From contig JAGVXI010000007.1 of assembly GCA_018303855.1 (NCBI GenBank), forward strand, positions 12,143 to 76,142: a DNA stretch of 64,000 bases, written 5' to 3'. This document shows, piece by piece, positions 49,452-59,181 of this stretch. The notes beneath the pieces were generated by a model. The model was not told the DNA's origin, ran no database searches, and saw only the letters and a program-made list of their open reading frames with translations. Numbering within the stretch: position 1 is the stretch's first letter; the number at the start of each line of letters is the position of its first letter. Both the position numbers and the translations under genes were made by a program. Origin of the DNA: Candidatus Pacearchaeota archaeon (GTDB taxonomy: Archaea > Nanobdellota > Nanobdellia > Pacearchaeales > GW2011-AR1).

Positions 49452-50285
49452 TTGAAATACATGGCATGCCTTATAAATCTTGCTTACATAAAATATATAA
49501 ACAAAAATGCGCAATTGATAAATATGAAAAATAAAGATAGAGGTAGAAAAATTCCTTCTGTAAAAGAATTAAAGAAGTTATGCCAAAAACCAGAACCGCC
49601 AAAATACTGGCGTGATAGATTTCTACGAAAAATATCAATACGTTTTACAAAATTATTTTTAATGCTCGGTATGACCCCAAACCAAGTGAGTTTTCTTGTT
49701 TTGATTTTCGGGATTATTTCTGCTTTATTTTATATGACTGGGCAGTATTTTTATTTGCTAATCGGACTGTTATTTCATCATCTGCATTTTATTTTTGATG
49801 GATGCGACGGAGAAGTAGCAAGATTTAGGAAAACTAATGAGCTAGAAGATACCCGAGGAGTTTATCTCGATGGAATGACTCATGCAATAGTTATCCCTTT
49901 ATTAATTATGGGCATGGCTATTGGTTCTTATTTTAATAATTTTACACCTTTTCCAGATGCAACCTTTTTAATTGCTGGTTTTTTTGGGGGGTATTCTTTA
50001 TTACTGCTTAATTTTAGTCGTGTTAAAAAATATGAAGTGTTCACAAAAAAAGGCAGATATGATATTTTAAAAAAAATTAATAGGATTCTTTCTGGAAAAG
50101 AAGGAAAATCAAATTGGTTAAGAACTGAGATAGAATTCTTATTGGGTTTTGAATTGTTTAATTTAATGTTTGTTTTTACAATATTAAACTTAGTACCTTA
50201 TTTGGTATTATTTTATGCGATATTCTTTACCTTATTTGCTATTAGAAGATTTTATTTGGGGTATAAAAATATAGAGAGAATTTAA
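49452..50285 (+). CDS. CDP-alcohol phosphotransferase-like integral membrane protein
   Basis: 'DGCDGEVARFRKTNELEDTRGVYLDGMTH' approximates the DGx2ARx8Gx3Dx3D signature, with a longer loop and a terminal H. Polytopic. Confidence 0.5.
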   Translation: MKYMACLINLAYIKYINKNAQLINMKNKDRGRKIPSVKELKKLCQKPEPPKYWRDRFLRKISIRFTKLFLMLGMTPNQVSFLVLIFGIISALFYMTGQYFYLLIGLLFHHLHFIFDGCDGEVARFRKTNELEDTRGVYLDGMTHAIVIPLLIMGMAIGSYFNNFTPFPDATFLIAGFFGGYSLLLLNFSRVKKYEVFTKKGRYDILKKINRILSGKEGKSNWLRTEIEFLLGFELFNLMFVFTILNLVPYLVLFYAIFFTLFAIRRFYLGYKNIERI

Positions 50286-50436
50286 ATAAAGTTTAATAAT
50301 TTCAGGATAGAAAATACTTAATCATCTATATAACAACAAATAGATAATACACAGCTAGTTAAGATTAGCTTAAGTAGATTATACACTAAATACTCACATT
50401 ATTAATTTTAAAATTAGCATCTGAATTGTCAAAATC

Positions 50437-51195
50437 TCAAGTATACCCCAAAGCTCTAAGTTTTGCCATTACTTCTTCTCTTACTATCCCTCTTCCTGCT
50501 CTTTCATGAGCATTTGGGTCTGTATTTTTCTCAGAGAATATTGTGCACCCTAAAGAAGTATATCCCTGAGCATAAAGAGGGTTGCATTCAAGATTAAATT
50601 TTTTAACATATTCTAAAATATCAGCTTGTCTCCAAAATAACAGTGGATGCACTCTAATATGAATCGGATTTTGCCTTGGTGAAAAAAAAGTTTCTTTTGC
50701 TCTTTCTTCATGCTCTACTCCTCTTAACCCCACAAAAAAAGCATTAAATCCTCTATCACTAATTGCTTTCATCATAGGGGCTATTTTATGATACCCGTCA
50801 TATGCTACAGTAAATTCAGGAGTTTTAAATCCATACAATTGCTTAAATTCTTCTGTACGTATTTGGTCTGCTCTAACTTTTTGATAATCTTTTATGTCCC
50901 ACCCTATTATGACTTTGTTTACAAAGTCGTAAGTTTCTGGAAATTCATGCTGGGTATCTACAAAAACGCAGGGGATATTTTTCTTTAAAGGCAAAACAAG
51001 ATGCAATAAAACTAAACTATCTGTTCCTCCACTAAAACCCAGCCCTATCTTAGAATATCTTTCAAGAGCCTCTTTTATGATTTCTTTAGACTTTTCTATT
51101 TTTTTATCAAGAGGTAAAGCCAATAAAGGCTTAATCTCTGGTCTCATTAAATCCTCACAAATCTTTGCCCTCTCTTTTGTAAATGTTTCAACCAT
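50437..51195 (-). CDS. PAPS-reductase-family PP-loop protein
   Basis: 'GLGFSGGTDSLVLLH' (SGGxDS PP-loop) and C-terminal '...YTSLGCT...ERAGRG'. Confidence 0.6.
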   Translation of the reverse strand: MVETFTKERAKICEDLMRPEIKPLLALPLDKKIEKSKEIIKEALERYSKIGLGFSGGTDSLVLLHLVLPLKKNIPCVFVDTQHEFPETYDFVNKVIIGWDIKDYQKVRADQIRTEEFKQLYGFKTPEFTVAYDGYHKIAPMMKAISDRGFNAFFVGLRGVEHEERAKETFFSPRQNPIHIRVHPLLFWRQADILEYVKKFNLECNPLYAQGYTSLGCTIFSEKNTDPNAHERAGRGIVREEVMAKLRALGYT

Positions 51196-51271
51196 TATGT
51201 ATAATTATATATAATTAAGGTATTTAAATATTTATATAATGGAGGACATAAAAATAGAAATGAATATACAA

Positions 51272-51523
51272 TTAATACCCTAAAATTCTTAACCTTTTAA
51301 TCAATTCTGATTCTTCTTCTTTTTCAAGAACTTTATTTTTATCGTCGGGTTCTGGAGAAGAAAGAATTTGCCTTAAAACAAATGAGACATAAGCTGAAAC
51401 AGAAGGCATGCCAGTTCCCTTTATTCTTTTTTGGATTTTTTCAATTAAAGGGATGGGCAAGGAAATTGTGCCATATTTAACCTTAATGTCATTTTTTTTA
51501 GGTTTTTTCATAATTATACACAA
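51272..51523 (-). CDS. small ribbon-helix-helix (CopG-like) DNA-binding protein, tentative
   Basis: 'ISLPIPLIEKIQKRI...SVSAYVSFVLRQIL' has a beta strand followed by two helices. Confidence 0.35.
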   Translation of the reverse strand: MCIIMKKPKKNDIKVKYGTISLPIPLIEKIQKRIKGTGMPSVSAYVSFVLRQILSSPEPDDKNKVLEKEEESELIKRLRILGY

Positions 51524-51593
51524 TTAGACAGCATTATTAAATGTTGCCCTGAAGTATATGAAAGTTTAAAAGTTCAAATATCATAAAAAAACA

Positions 51594-52889
51594 ATGAAAA
51601 ATATTGTTATTATCATCATAGATGCTTTAAGGCCAAAAAACCTCAGTTTGTTTGGGTATAACAAAGAAACAGACAAAAATCTTAAAGAAATTGCAAAAGA
51701 ATCTACATTGTTCAGAAACTTTTTTTCTGTTTCTAATTCTACTTTTCCAACAATAACAAGCTTGTTTACAGGCAAGTATCCAAAAACTCACGGAATAATG
51801 CATCAAGCTCCATATGCAACACCAGAAGAATACGAAAAATTGCTGGCAATAGAACAGCCAAAATTTTGGCTTCCGACTTATCTAAAAAACAAAGGCTATT
51901 ACACTATTGGAATTGACTGGATAGGTTTATGGTTTAAAGAGGGTTTTGAATATTATGGAGAGAAAAAAGAAGCGTTTTATAAAAAATTTACAAAAAACGC
52001 AGCAGTAAAAAAAATTTTGTTAAACTTGCCAAGTTGGGCTTATAAATTTGGAAAAAGTTTTGTAAAAAATAAAAATGAAAAACTGTTTCCCTCTGCAAAA
52101 CAAATGGCTGATTTAGCAATAGATAAAGTTAAAGAAGCTGAAAAATTAAACAAACCATTTTTTCTTTTTATGCATTTTGAAGATACTCATTTTCCTTATC
52201 CAAATGTACCTAAACCAGAACTTTCAGGAGAAAATGATATTAATGAAGTTTTAGAAAAAATCAATACTGATTCACAAAGAGAATATTTTAAGAAAAGAGT
52301 TGCAGATATTGAATTAGCTTCAATTAAAGATATGAAAAATAAATATGACTTAGCTATTACTGGAATAGATGAACAAATAGGAAGAATAAGAAATTTTTTA
52401 ATCGAAAATGAGCAGTGGGAAGATACAATGTTTATTATCTTGTCTGACCATGGGGATTGCTTGGATGAACACGGAGTTTATTTTAGTCATGCAAGTCTTT
52501 TTGATGAATCTGTTCATGTCCCACTAATCATGAAAATACCTAATTTTAAAAGTAGAGAGATCAATGAATTTGCACAAACTCCTGACATTGCACCAACTAT
52601 CTTGGAAGGATTTGGCGATAAGGGGGATTTTGAAGGAAAATCAGTTATTTCATTAATAAAAAAAGGCAACCCGTTAAGAGATAAAGTGCTTTTATATGAT
52701 GGCTTGGCACCTGATGTTAAAGCTGTGAGAACAAAAAAAAGAAAACTTATTATTGCTAATGGTAATAAATGCAATTTATGTAAATCAGAACACCATGCAA
52801 AAATAGAAGAATATGACTTAGAAAAAGACCCTAATGAAACAAATAATATCTATTCGGGAAAAAGTGAGTTAATGGAGTTTATTAAATAA
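51594..52889 (+). CDS. alkaline-phosphatase-superfamily (sulfatase-like) enzyme with Thr rather than Cys/Ser at the nucleophile position. It appears soluble.
   Basis: 'NIVIIIIDALRPKN', 'STFPTITSLFTGKYP' (aligned with the sulfatase CxPxRxxxxTG) and 'SDHGDCLDEHG'. Confidence 0.6.
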   Translation: MKNIVIIIIDALRPKNLSLFGYNKETDKNLKEIAKESTLFRNFFSVSNSTFPTITSLFTGKYPKTHGIMHQAPYATPEEYEKLLAIEQPKFWLPTYLKNKGYYTIGIDWIGLWFKEGFEYYGEKKEAFYKKFTKNAAVKKILLNLPSWAYKFGKSFVKNKNEKLFPSAKQMADLAIDKVKEAEKLNKPFFLFMHFEDTHFPYPNVPKPELSGENDINEVLEKINTDSQREYFKKRVADIELASIKDMKNKYDLAITGIDEQIGRIRNFLIENEQWEDTMFIILSDHGDCLDEHGVYFSHASLFDESVHVPLIMKIPNFKSREINEFAQTPDIAPTILEGFGDKGDFEGKSVISLIKKGNPLRDKVLLYDGLAPDVKAVRTKKRKLIIANGNKCNLCKSEHHAKIEEYDLEKDPNETNNIYSGKSELMEFIK

Positions 52890-52899
52890 ATAATAAAAA

Positions 52900-53388
52900 A
52901 TGAAAAGATTGAATTTAGGTTGTGGACCAGATTATAGAAAAGGTTGGGTAAACGTAGATATAAGAAAAGACATTAAGGCAGATATTGTTCATAATTTAAA
53001 TAAGTTCCCTTATCCATTTAAAGAAGATGAATTTGATATTACATTAATAAGCCATACTTTAGAGCATTTGGATTATCCTGAAAGAGTTTTAAAAGAAGTG
53101 GTAAAAATATGCAAAAGCGGTGCAAAGTTGATAGTTGAAGTGCCACATGCGTTTTCTTATGCAAATGCTACTGATATGCAGCATAGGCGTAATTTTACTG
53201 AGAACTCATTTACAAGAAAACATATTATGCAATATGGATTGGGAGCATTAAGATTGCGAAAAAAGGTATTTCTTTACCCAGTGAATAAATGGAAGAAGTA
53301 TATCCCATTGAAAAGGGTTCTTAAAATTTTCTTCAATGGGATTTATGACAATCTTTTATTTGAGTTTAAGATTGAGAAGGAGAAATAA
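52900..53388 (+). CDS. class I SAM-dependent methyltransferase, paralogue 2 of 3
   Basis: 'RLNLGCGPDYRKGWVNVDI...LEHLDYPE...GAKLIVEVPH'. Confidence 0.6.
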   Translation: MKRLNLGCGPDYRKGWVNVDIRKDIKADIVHNLNKFPYPFKEDEFDITLISHTLEHLDYPERVLKEVVKICKSGAKLIVEVPHAFSYANATDMQHRRNFTENSFTRKHIMQYGLGALRLRKKVFLYPVNKWKKYIPLKRVLKIFFNGIYDNLLFEFKIEKEK

Positions 53389-53437
53389 AGATTTTAACAC
53401 AATTAAGTATTTAAACAGATTTTTTAATCTGAATTAG

Positions 53438-54553
53438 ATGAATAAGAGATTAAAAATAGCAATCTTTGAACCTTCTCGTGGAGTTGTTGGGGGAGGGCAG
53501 AAAGCAATGGCAAAAATTGCTGCGCACTTAGCCGAAAAACATGATGTTACAATTTTTACGCAAAGGCCTCCAGAACAAAAGTTTGAATTAGATTTTGGAA
53601 AAGCATGCATTAAATATATTAAACCAAATAAACAATTTCTTGCTCCACTTGCATTTTTATTAAAAAAAGTCAGTGGTTTTGATTTATTATTTTTAGGGGG
53701 ATTTCCTGCTAATTTAGGAAGTATTAGGAATAGTAAAAGCACTCCCTGCATCACTCTTTGTTATTCCCCAACAAGGGTTTTTTATGATTTGCGGGAACAT
53801 TTAAAAAAATGTTCTACACGTAGTGGGCAGATAAAATTAATTTTCAAAACCATCTTTCTTAGGAGATTGGATTATATGGCTTCCCAAAAAACACACTTAA
53901 TTTTAGCTATTAGCAAAACTATTGAAGAGAGAGTTAAAAGGTATTATAAAAGAAAATCTGTTGTTTTTTACCCCGGAATTGATTCTTATCAGTTTAAAAA
54001 AGGGAAATATAACAATTATATTCTAAGTGTTGCCAGATTTGTTTCTGCAAAAAGAGTGGATATGATAATAAAAAGCATGGAATATGTTAAAAATAAAAAA
54101 ATTCAGATGTATATTGTGGGGGCAGGCGAAAGAGAAAAAGAATATCGAGCGCTTGCAAAAAAATATCCTAATGTTAAATTTCTTGGTTTTGTAAGCAACA
54201 AAAAACTTTTCGAACTTTACGCAAATTGCCTTGCAGCTATCTACATTCCAATAGATGAAGATGAAGGGTATGTGCCAATTGAAGCTGGTGCATCTGAAAA
54301 AACAACAATAGGCGTAAACGAAGGCGGACTACGTGAAACCATTATTAACGGCAAAACAGGATTTTTAATTGATAATGTAACACCACAAAAAGTGGCGGAA
54401 AAAATAGATTTTTTAGCCAATAATAAAAAAATAGCGAAGAAAATGGGCAAAGAAGCATACAAATATACCCGAAAATTTGATTGGAAAAATACTCTTACCG
54501 AACTTGATAAAGCAATTGAAAAATTATTAAAAATAAAAGCCAAGGTAAAATGA
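53438..54553 (+). CDS. GT4 (GT-B) glycosyltransferase
   Basis: 'EDEGYVPIEAGASEKTTIGVNEGGLRETI'. Confidence 0.7.
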   Translation: MNKRLKIAIFEPSRGVVGGGQKAMAKIAAHLAEKHDVTIFTQRPPEQKFELDFGKACIKYIKPNKQFLAPLAFLLKKVSGFDLLFLGGFPANLGSIRNSKSTPCITLCYSPTRVFYDLREHLKKCSTRSGQIKLIFKTIFLRRLDYMASQKTHLILAISKTIEERVKRYYKRKSVVFYPGIDSYQFKKGKYNNYILSVARFVSAKRVDMIIKSMEYVKNKKIQMYIVGAGEREKEYRALAKKYPNVKFLGFVSNKKLFELYANCLAAIYIPIDEDEGYVPIEAGASEKTTIGVNEGGLRETIINGKTGFLIDNVTPQKVAEKIDFLANNKKIAKKMGKEAYKYTRKFDWKNTLTELDKAIEKLLKIKAKVK

Positions 54554-55068
54554 AAAAATTAAATCTTGGAAGCGGATTTGATTATAAGCGAGGCTGGATA
54601 AATGTTGATATTAATAATAAAGATATTTATGGAAGAAAAATAAAAATTGATGTGAAGCATGACTTGAACAAATCTCCTTGGCCATTTAAAAAAAATGAAT
54701 TTGATTTTGTGTTGATGAAAGGTGTCCTTGAACATATGAGTGATATTGATAAAACAATTAAAGAATTAGCAAGAATTACAAAAACAGGAGCTAAAATAAA
54801 AATTTCTGTCCCTTATTTTACAAGCTATTTTGCATATAGAGAACTTTATACACATAAATTCTCGTTAAATGCTTTGCAATTATTTGGTATATTTAAAAAA
54901 TACAGATTAATAATAATCTCAAAAAAATTAAGAAACAATAACAAATTCTTAAAATGGATAGAAATTTTTGTTAATTTTAATGAATCAACCCAAAACTTTT
55001 ATGAAAGATTTTTTTCTGGGATTTTTCCAATGAACCAGATTGAGTGGGTGTTAAGAGTTGAAAAATGA
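54550..55068 (+). CDS. class I SAM-dependent methyltransferase, paralogue 3 of 3
   Basis: 'KLNLGSGFDYKRGWINVDI...LEHMSD...GAKIKISVPY'. Confidence 0.6.
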   Translation: MKKLNLGSGFDYKRGWINVDINNKDIYGRKIKIDVKHDLNKSPWPFKKNEFDFVLMKGVLEHMSDIDKTIKELARITKTGAKIKISVPYFTSYFAYRELYTHKFSLNALQLFGIFKKYRLIIISKKLRNNNKFLKWIEIFVNFNESTQNFYERFFSGIFPMNQIEWVLRVEK

Positions 55069-55207
55069 ATAAATTATAACCTTTGATAACCATAAAAAAG
55101 ATATGTTAAATAACAAGCTTCTTAAACAATTACTGCTTGGGGCATTATATATTTAAGACAAAACCATAATTACCTATTAAATGTTTTGCTGAAAGCTTAA
55201 TAAATTC

Positions 55208-56296
55208 TTATAAAATATTCCTTAATTCATTGCATATATATTCAATTTCCTCTTTTTTCAGCTTCACAGAACTTGGCAAACTAATTCCTCTTCGAGATAT
55301 ATCTTCTGATATAGGGTACTTGTTCTTTTCCTTATATGGAGGCATTTGATGAATTGGGTAAAATAACGGGCGCGTATCAATGCCTTTTTCTGCAAGTTTT
55401 TTCATGATTTCATCTCGTGATTTGCTATTTATTAAAATAGAGTACAACCAGATAACATTTTTTGCCCAAGGCATTTTTGGATGAGGAGTTATTAACCCTT
55501 GATTTATCAAATCTTTTAGATAGTGCCTGTACAAATTTGCTATTTGGTTCTTTTTTTCTATAAATTTATCCAACTTTTTAAGCTGAGCCAAACCCACAGC
55601 TGCCTGCATATTTGTCATACGATAATTGTACCCAACAACTTCATGCCAATATCTCTTTTTTTTAGACATTCCATGATTTTTAAAAAGATTTATTTTCTCA
55701 AGAAATTTTTCATTATTTGTTAAGCACATTCCTCCTTCGCCAGTTATAATGTTTTTATTTCCAAAAAAAGAAAAACAAGAGATATCCCCAAAACTTCCGA
55801 CTTTTTTTCCCTTATATTCTGCACCATGTGCTTCTGCTGCATCTTCTATAACGTAAAGATTGTATTTTTTAGCAATTTCAAGAATTGATTCCATATCACA
55901 AGGATGCCCATACAGATGAACAGGAATAATTGCTTTTGTTTTTTTTGTGATTTTGTTTTTTATTTTTTCTGGATCTATGCCCCAATAATCTTTGTTTACA
56001 TCGACAAAAACAGGTTTGGCGCCGCAATATCTCACAGTATTTACAGGAGCTATAAATGTAAGGCTTGGAACAATTACTTCGTCTCCTGGTTTAATTCCAA
56101 CAGCAAGAAGAGCAAGGTGCAAAGCTGTTGTGCCATTTGAAGTTGAACTTGAATATTTCATGTTGCAGTATTTGGCAAAAGCCTGCTCAAATCTTGAAAT
56201 AAACTCCCCTTTAGAACTAATCCAGCCGGTTTTAATTGTTTCTAGAAGATTATTAAATTCATTTTCGTCAAAATAAGGCTCTGCAACAGGTATCAT
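55208..56296 (-). CDS. DegT-family PLP-dependent aminotransferase, GDP-perosamine synthase-like. It is adjacent to gmd.
   Basis: 'WISSKGEFISRFEQAFAKYC', 'IIPVHLYGHPCDM' and 'FSFFGNKNIITGEGGM'. Confidence 0.75.
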   Translation of the reverse strand: MIPVAEPYFDENEFNNLLETIKTGWISSKGEFISRFEQAFAKYCNMKYSSSTSNGTTALHLALLAVGIKPGDEVIVPSLTFIAPVNTVRYCGAKPVFVDVNKDYWGIDPEKIKNKITKKTKAIIPVHLYGHPCDMESILEIAKKYNLYVIEDAAEAHGAEYKGKKVGSFGDISCFSFFGNKNIITGEGGMCLTNNEKFLEKINLFKNHGMSKKKRYWHEVVGYNYRMTNMQAAVGLAQLKKLDKFIEKKNQIANLYRHYLKDLINQGLITPHPKMPWAKNVIWLYSILINSKSRDEIMKKLAEKGIDTRPLFYPIHQMPPYKEKNKYPISEDISRRGISLPSSVKLKKEEIEYICNELRNIL

Positions 56297-56297
56297 T

Positions 56298-57353
56298 TTA
56301 AGAGGTGTCTTTTATTCCTTGGAATTTTTTTATATCAGCATCAATCATGATTTTTACAAGTTCATGAAACTTAATTTTTGGTTGCCATCCAAGCTTTAAT
56401 TTTGTTTTTGAAGCATCGCCTTGCAATAAATCAACTTCTGTTGGCCTAAAATGTTTTGGATCTATCCTAATAATAGTTTTTCCTGTTTTTTTATCAATTC
56501 CCATTTCATTTAAACCAGCACCAACCCATTCTAAATCAATGCCTAACTCTTTACAAGCAACCTCTACGAATTCCCTAACAGAATGGGTTTCACCGGTTGC
56601 TATTATATAATCATCTGGATCTGGCTGTTGCATCATTAGCCACATTGCTTCTACATAATCTTTTGCATAGCCCCAATCTCTTTTTGCATTTAAATTCCCC
56701 AGGTAAAAAATATCTTTTAACCCTAATTTAATTTTGCACAGATTTTGAGTTATTTTTCTTGAAACAAAATTTTCCCCTCGTCTTGGAGATTCATGATTAA
56801 AAAGAATTCCATTGACTACAAACATATCATATGCTTCTCGATAATTTTTAGCAATCCAATAAGCGTATAATTTTGCACAGCCATATGGGCTTCTTGGATA
56901 AAAGGGAGTTTTTTCAGTTTGAGGGGTTTCCAAAGCCTTGCCAAATAATTCGCTTGAAGATGCTTGATAAAATTTGATTGGAAAACCAGCGCTTCTTATT
57001 GCCTCCAAAAGCCTTATTGTTGATAAACCAGTAACATCTGCTGTGTATTCTGGAATATCAAATGAAATCCTGACATGAGACTGCGCACCTAAATGGTATA
57101 TTTCAGCAGGCTTAATTTTTTCTATAAGCCTTGCAATAGAGCTTGAATCTGCCAAATCCCCATAATGAGTGAATATTTTTGTTTTAACTCCTTCTTCTGG
57201 GGTGTGCAGGTGATCAATTCTCTCAGTATTAAATGTTGAACTTCTTCTTATAAGACCATGAACCTCATACCCTTTCTCTAATAAAAATTCAGCAAGATAT
57301 GAACCGTCTTGACCGGTTATCCCTGTTATTAACGCTCTTTTCATAACTGCCAA
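56298..57353 (-). CDS. gmd: GDP-mannose 4,6-dehydratase
   Basis: '[35 protein letters not shown]' is the canonical GMD N-terminus. 'YGCAKLYAY' follows. Confidence 0.85.
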   Translation of the reverse strand: MAVMKRALITGITGQDGSYLAEFLLEKGYEVHGLIRRSSTFNTERIDHLHTPEEGVKTKIFTHYGDLADSSSIARLIEKIKPAEIYHLGAQSHVRISFDIPEYTADVTGLSTIRLLEAIRSAGFPIKFYQASSSELFGKALETPQTEKTPFYPRSPYGCAKLYAYWIAKNYREAYDMFVVNGILFNHESPRRGENFVSRKITQNLCKIKLGLKDIFYLGNLNAKRDWGYAKDYVEAMWLMMQQPDPDDYIIATGETHSVREFVEVACKELGIDLEWVGAGLNEMGIDKKTGKTIIRIDPKHFRPTEVDLLQGDASKTKLKLGWQPKIKFHELVKIMIDADIKKFQGIKDTS

Positions 57354-57420
57354 AAAAAGAATTAGTTTTTAATGATTATGTATTTTAAATAGGCATGTTG
57401 CAAAATTATATTTATAGTCT

Positions 57421-58170
57421 TTAATGCCACTTTTTTGAGTCTCCAAGCATCTTACTTAATCTCTCATTATAATCTAAACCAGGGTAGTGGTTTATTACTG
57501 GTTTTTTTGTTTCAAATCTGCCTGGGATATTATTCCATTTTAAATCAAGCCAGCTAATTTTTTCTTCCCATTTGGAGGGAACTTTAGTAATTTGCCTGCC
57601 AGTATCAAGTGTTTTAGAAAGAGCTTGCTTAAGCTTGCTTTTTTTTAGGATTTTAGTTGCCATATTTTTTAATCTTGTTTTATAAAGAAATGCAAGCACA
57701 ATAGTTTTTAGTGTACTTTGTTTTTTTACTTTATACCCTAACAAATCATTTAAAGCTGCATTTTCCCACCATTTATGATAAATAAACTCCTCTTTGTTCC
57801 ATACAGCTTTAAATAAAGATTTTGAAAAATTAGTATTTTTTATTAACATCATACCAGTGTTGGGGATATCTCCGTGTTTTACTAAATAAATATCCTTATC
57901 CTTCTTTATTTCTCTCATAATATTCTTGTCAAATCTTACAAAAATAGCATCAGAATCAATCCAAAAAACAAAGTCATAATCATAAGGAGGATTTAACAAT
58001 TTGGTTATTATTATAATTTTATTCCAAGGAGCTGGGCGAGATGATTTTAAATCATTAAATAATTTTACATCAAAATGGTATTTATTTGCATATTCTTCAA
58101 CACTTTTTAAGCATAATCTGCCCATCTGCTCAAAATTATTATCAAAATAAGTTGTAAGGCATATTTTCAT
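57421..58170 (-). CDS. GT34-like (GMA12/MNN10 galactosyl/mannosyltransferase family) glycosyltransferase, paralogue 1
   Basis: 'WNKIIIITKLL...DFVFWIDSDAIF' and 'NTGMMLIKNTNFS'. Confidence 0.5.
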   Translation of the reverse strand: MKICLTTYFDNNFEQMGRLCLKSVEEYANKYHFDVKLFNDLKSSRPAPWNKIIIITKLLNPPYDYDFVFWIDSDAIFVRFDKNIMREIKKDKDIYLVKHGDIPNTGMMLIKNTNFSKSLFKAVWNKEEFIYHKWWENAALNDLLGYKVKKQSTLKTIVLAFLYKTRLKNMATKILKKSKLKQALSKTLDTGRQITKVPSKWEEKISWLDLKWNNIPGRFETKKPVINHYPGLDYNERLSKMLGDSKKWH

Positions 58171-58260
58171 GGTAAAATAAAAATAGTCAACTTGTTTTTA
58201 AAGATGCTTATTATGCAAGATATAAAATTATTTAAAGAAATTTATGGTTGGTTTATAGAA

Positions 58261-59181
58261 ATGAAAAAAATACTCGTAACAGGAGGTGCGGGATTTATCG
58301 GAAGTTCACTTGTGGATAGATTAGTTCAAGAACCAGATAATCATATTACAGTAGTGGATAATTTACTAACGGGAAGAAGAGAGTATATCCTAAAAAATGC
58401 GCAGGATTATCAATTCATTAAATGTGATGTTAACAACTTTAAAGATATTTCAGCTGTAATGCTTTCTAATAACTTTGATTATGTTTTTCATTATGCAGCT
58501 GTAGTTGGAGTACAAAGAACATTAAATAATCCAATGATGGTTCTCAATGACATAGATGGAATAAAGAATGTGCTTAATCTCGCAAAAAACACAGGAGTAA
58601 AGACAGTTTTTTTTTCATCATCATCTGAGATTTATGGAGAATCAGTAGAATTTCCACAGCATGAACACACTACCCCTTTAAATTCCAGGCTTCCTTATGC
58701 TGTTGTGAAAAACGCTGCAGAAGCTTTTTTAAGAACATTTCAAGAAGAGTATAATTTGAATTACACAATTTTTAGGTTTTTTAACACATATGGACCAAGA
58801 CAAAGTGCAGATTTTGTAATCTCTAAGTTTATCGACGCTGCGCTTAAAGGAAAAGATATTCCTATTTATGGGGATGGAAATCAGTCAAGAACTTTTTGCT
58901 ATATAGATGATAATCTTGAAGCAACTACTAACATCTTGAAGCAAAACCTGTATGAAAATGATGTTGTGAATATAGGAAATGACAATGAAACTTCTGTTTT
59001 AGAATTAGCTCAACTGATAATAAAACTAACAGACTCAAAATCTAAGATACTGCATCTGCCCCCACTAAAGCAAGGTGATATGAAAAGAAGAGTCCCAGAT
59101 GCCTCAAGAATGAAAGAGATTTTAGGAAGGAATTTTATTACTTTAAAAAATGGTTTAGAAAAAATAATAAATCAAAAATAG
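58261..59181 (+). CDS. NAD-dependent epimerase/dehydratase (extended SDR). The start is chosen at MKKILVTGG rather than the upstream ATG at 58192.
   Basis: 'ILVTGGAGFIGSSL' and 'YAVVKNAAE'. Confidence 0.75.
   Translation: MKKILVTGGAGFIGSSLVDRLVQEPDNHITVVDNLLTGRREYILKNAQDYQFIKCDVNNFKDISAVMLSNNFDYVFHYAAVVGVQRTLNNPMMVLNDIDGIKNVLNLAKNTGVKTVFFSSSSEIYGESVEFPQHEHTTPLNSRLPYAVVKNAAEAFLRTFQEEYNLNYTIFRFFNTYGPRQSADFVISKFIDAALKGKDIPIYGDGNQSRTFCYIDDNLEATTNILKQNLYENDVVNIGNDNETSVLELAQLIIKLTDSKSKILHLPPLKQGDMKRRVPDASRMKEILGRNFITLKNGLEKIINQK

Noticed and set aside
51594-52889. Calling the AP-superfamily protein an arylsulfatase (which would imply sulfated glycans)
   Set aside because: The C/S-x-P-x-R FGly signature is not present at the aligned position (T-F-P-T-I instead). 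A hydrolytic sulfatase call is therefore unsupported; a Thr-nucleophile phosphotransferase or phosphodiesterase is more consistent.
58192-58260. Upstream 23-aa extension (MFLKMLIMQDIKLFKEIYGWFIE) on the SDR at 58261
   Set aside because: SDR epimerases begin at the Rossmann strand (MKKILVTGGAG). The extension would sit before the first beta strand, and the ATG at 58261 is the better start.
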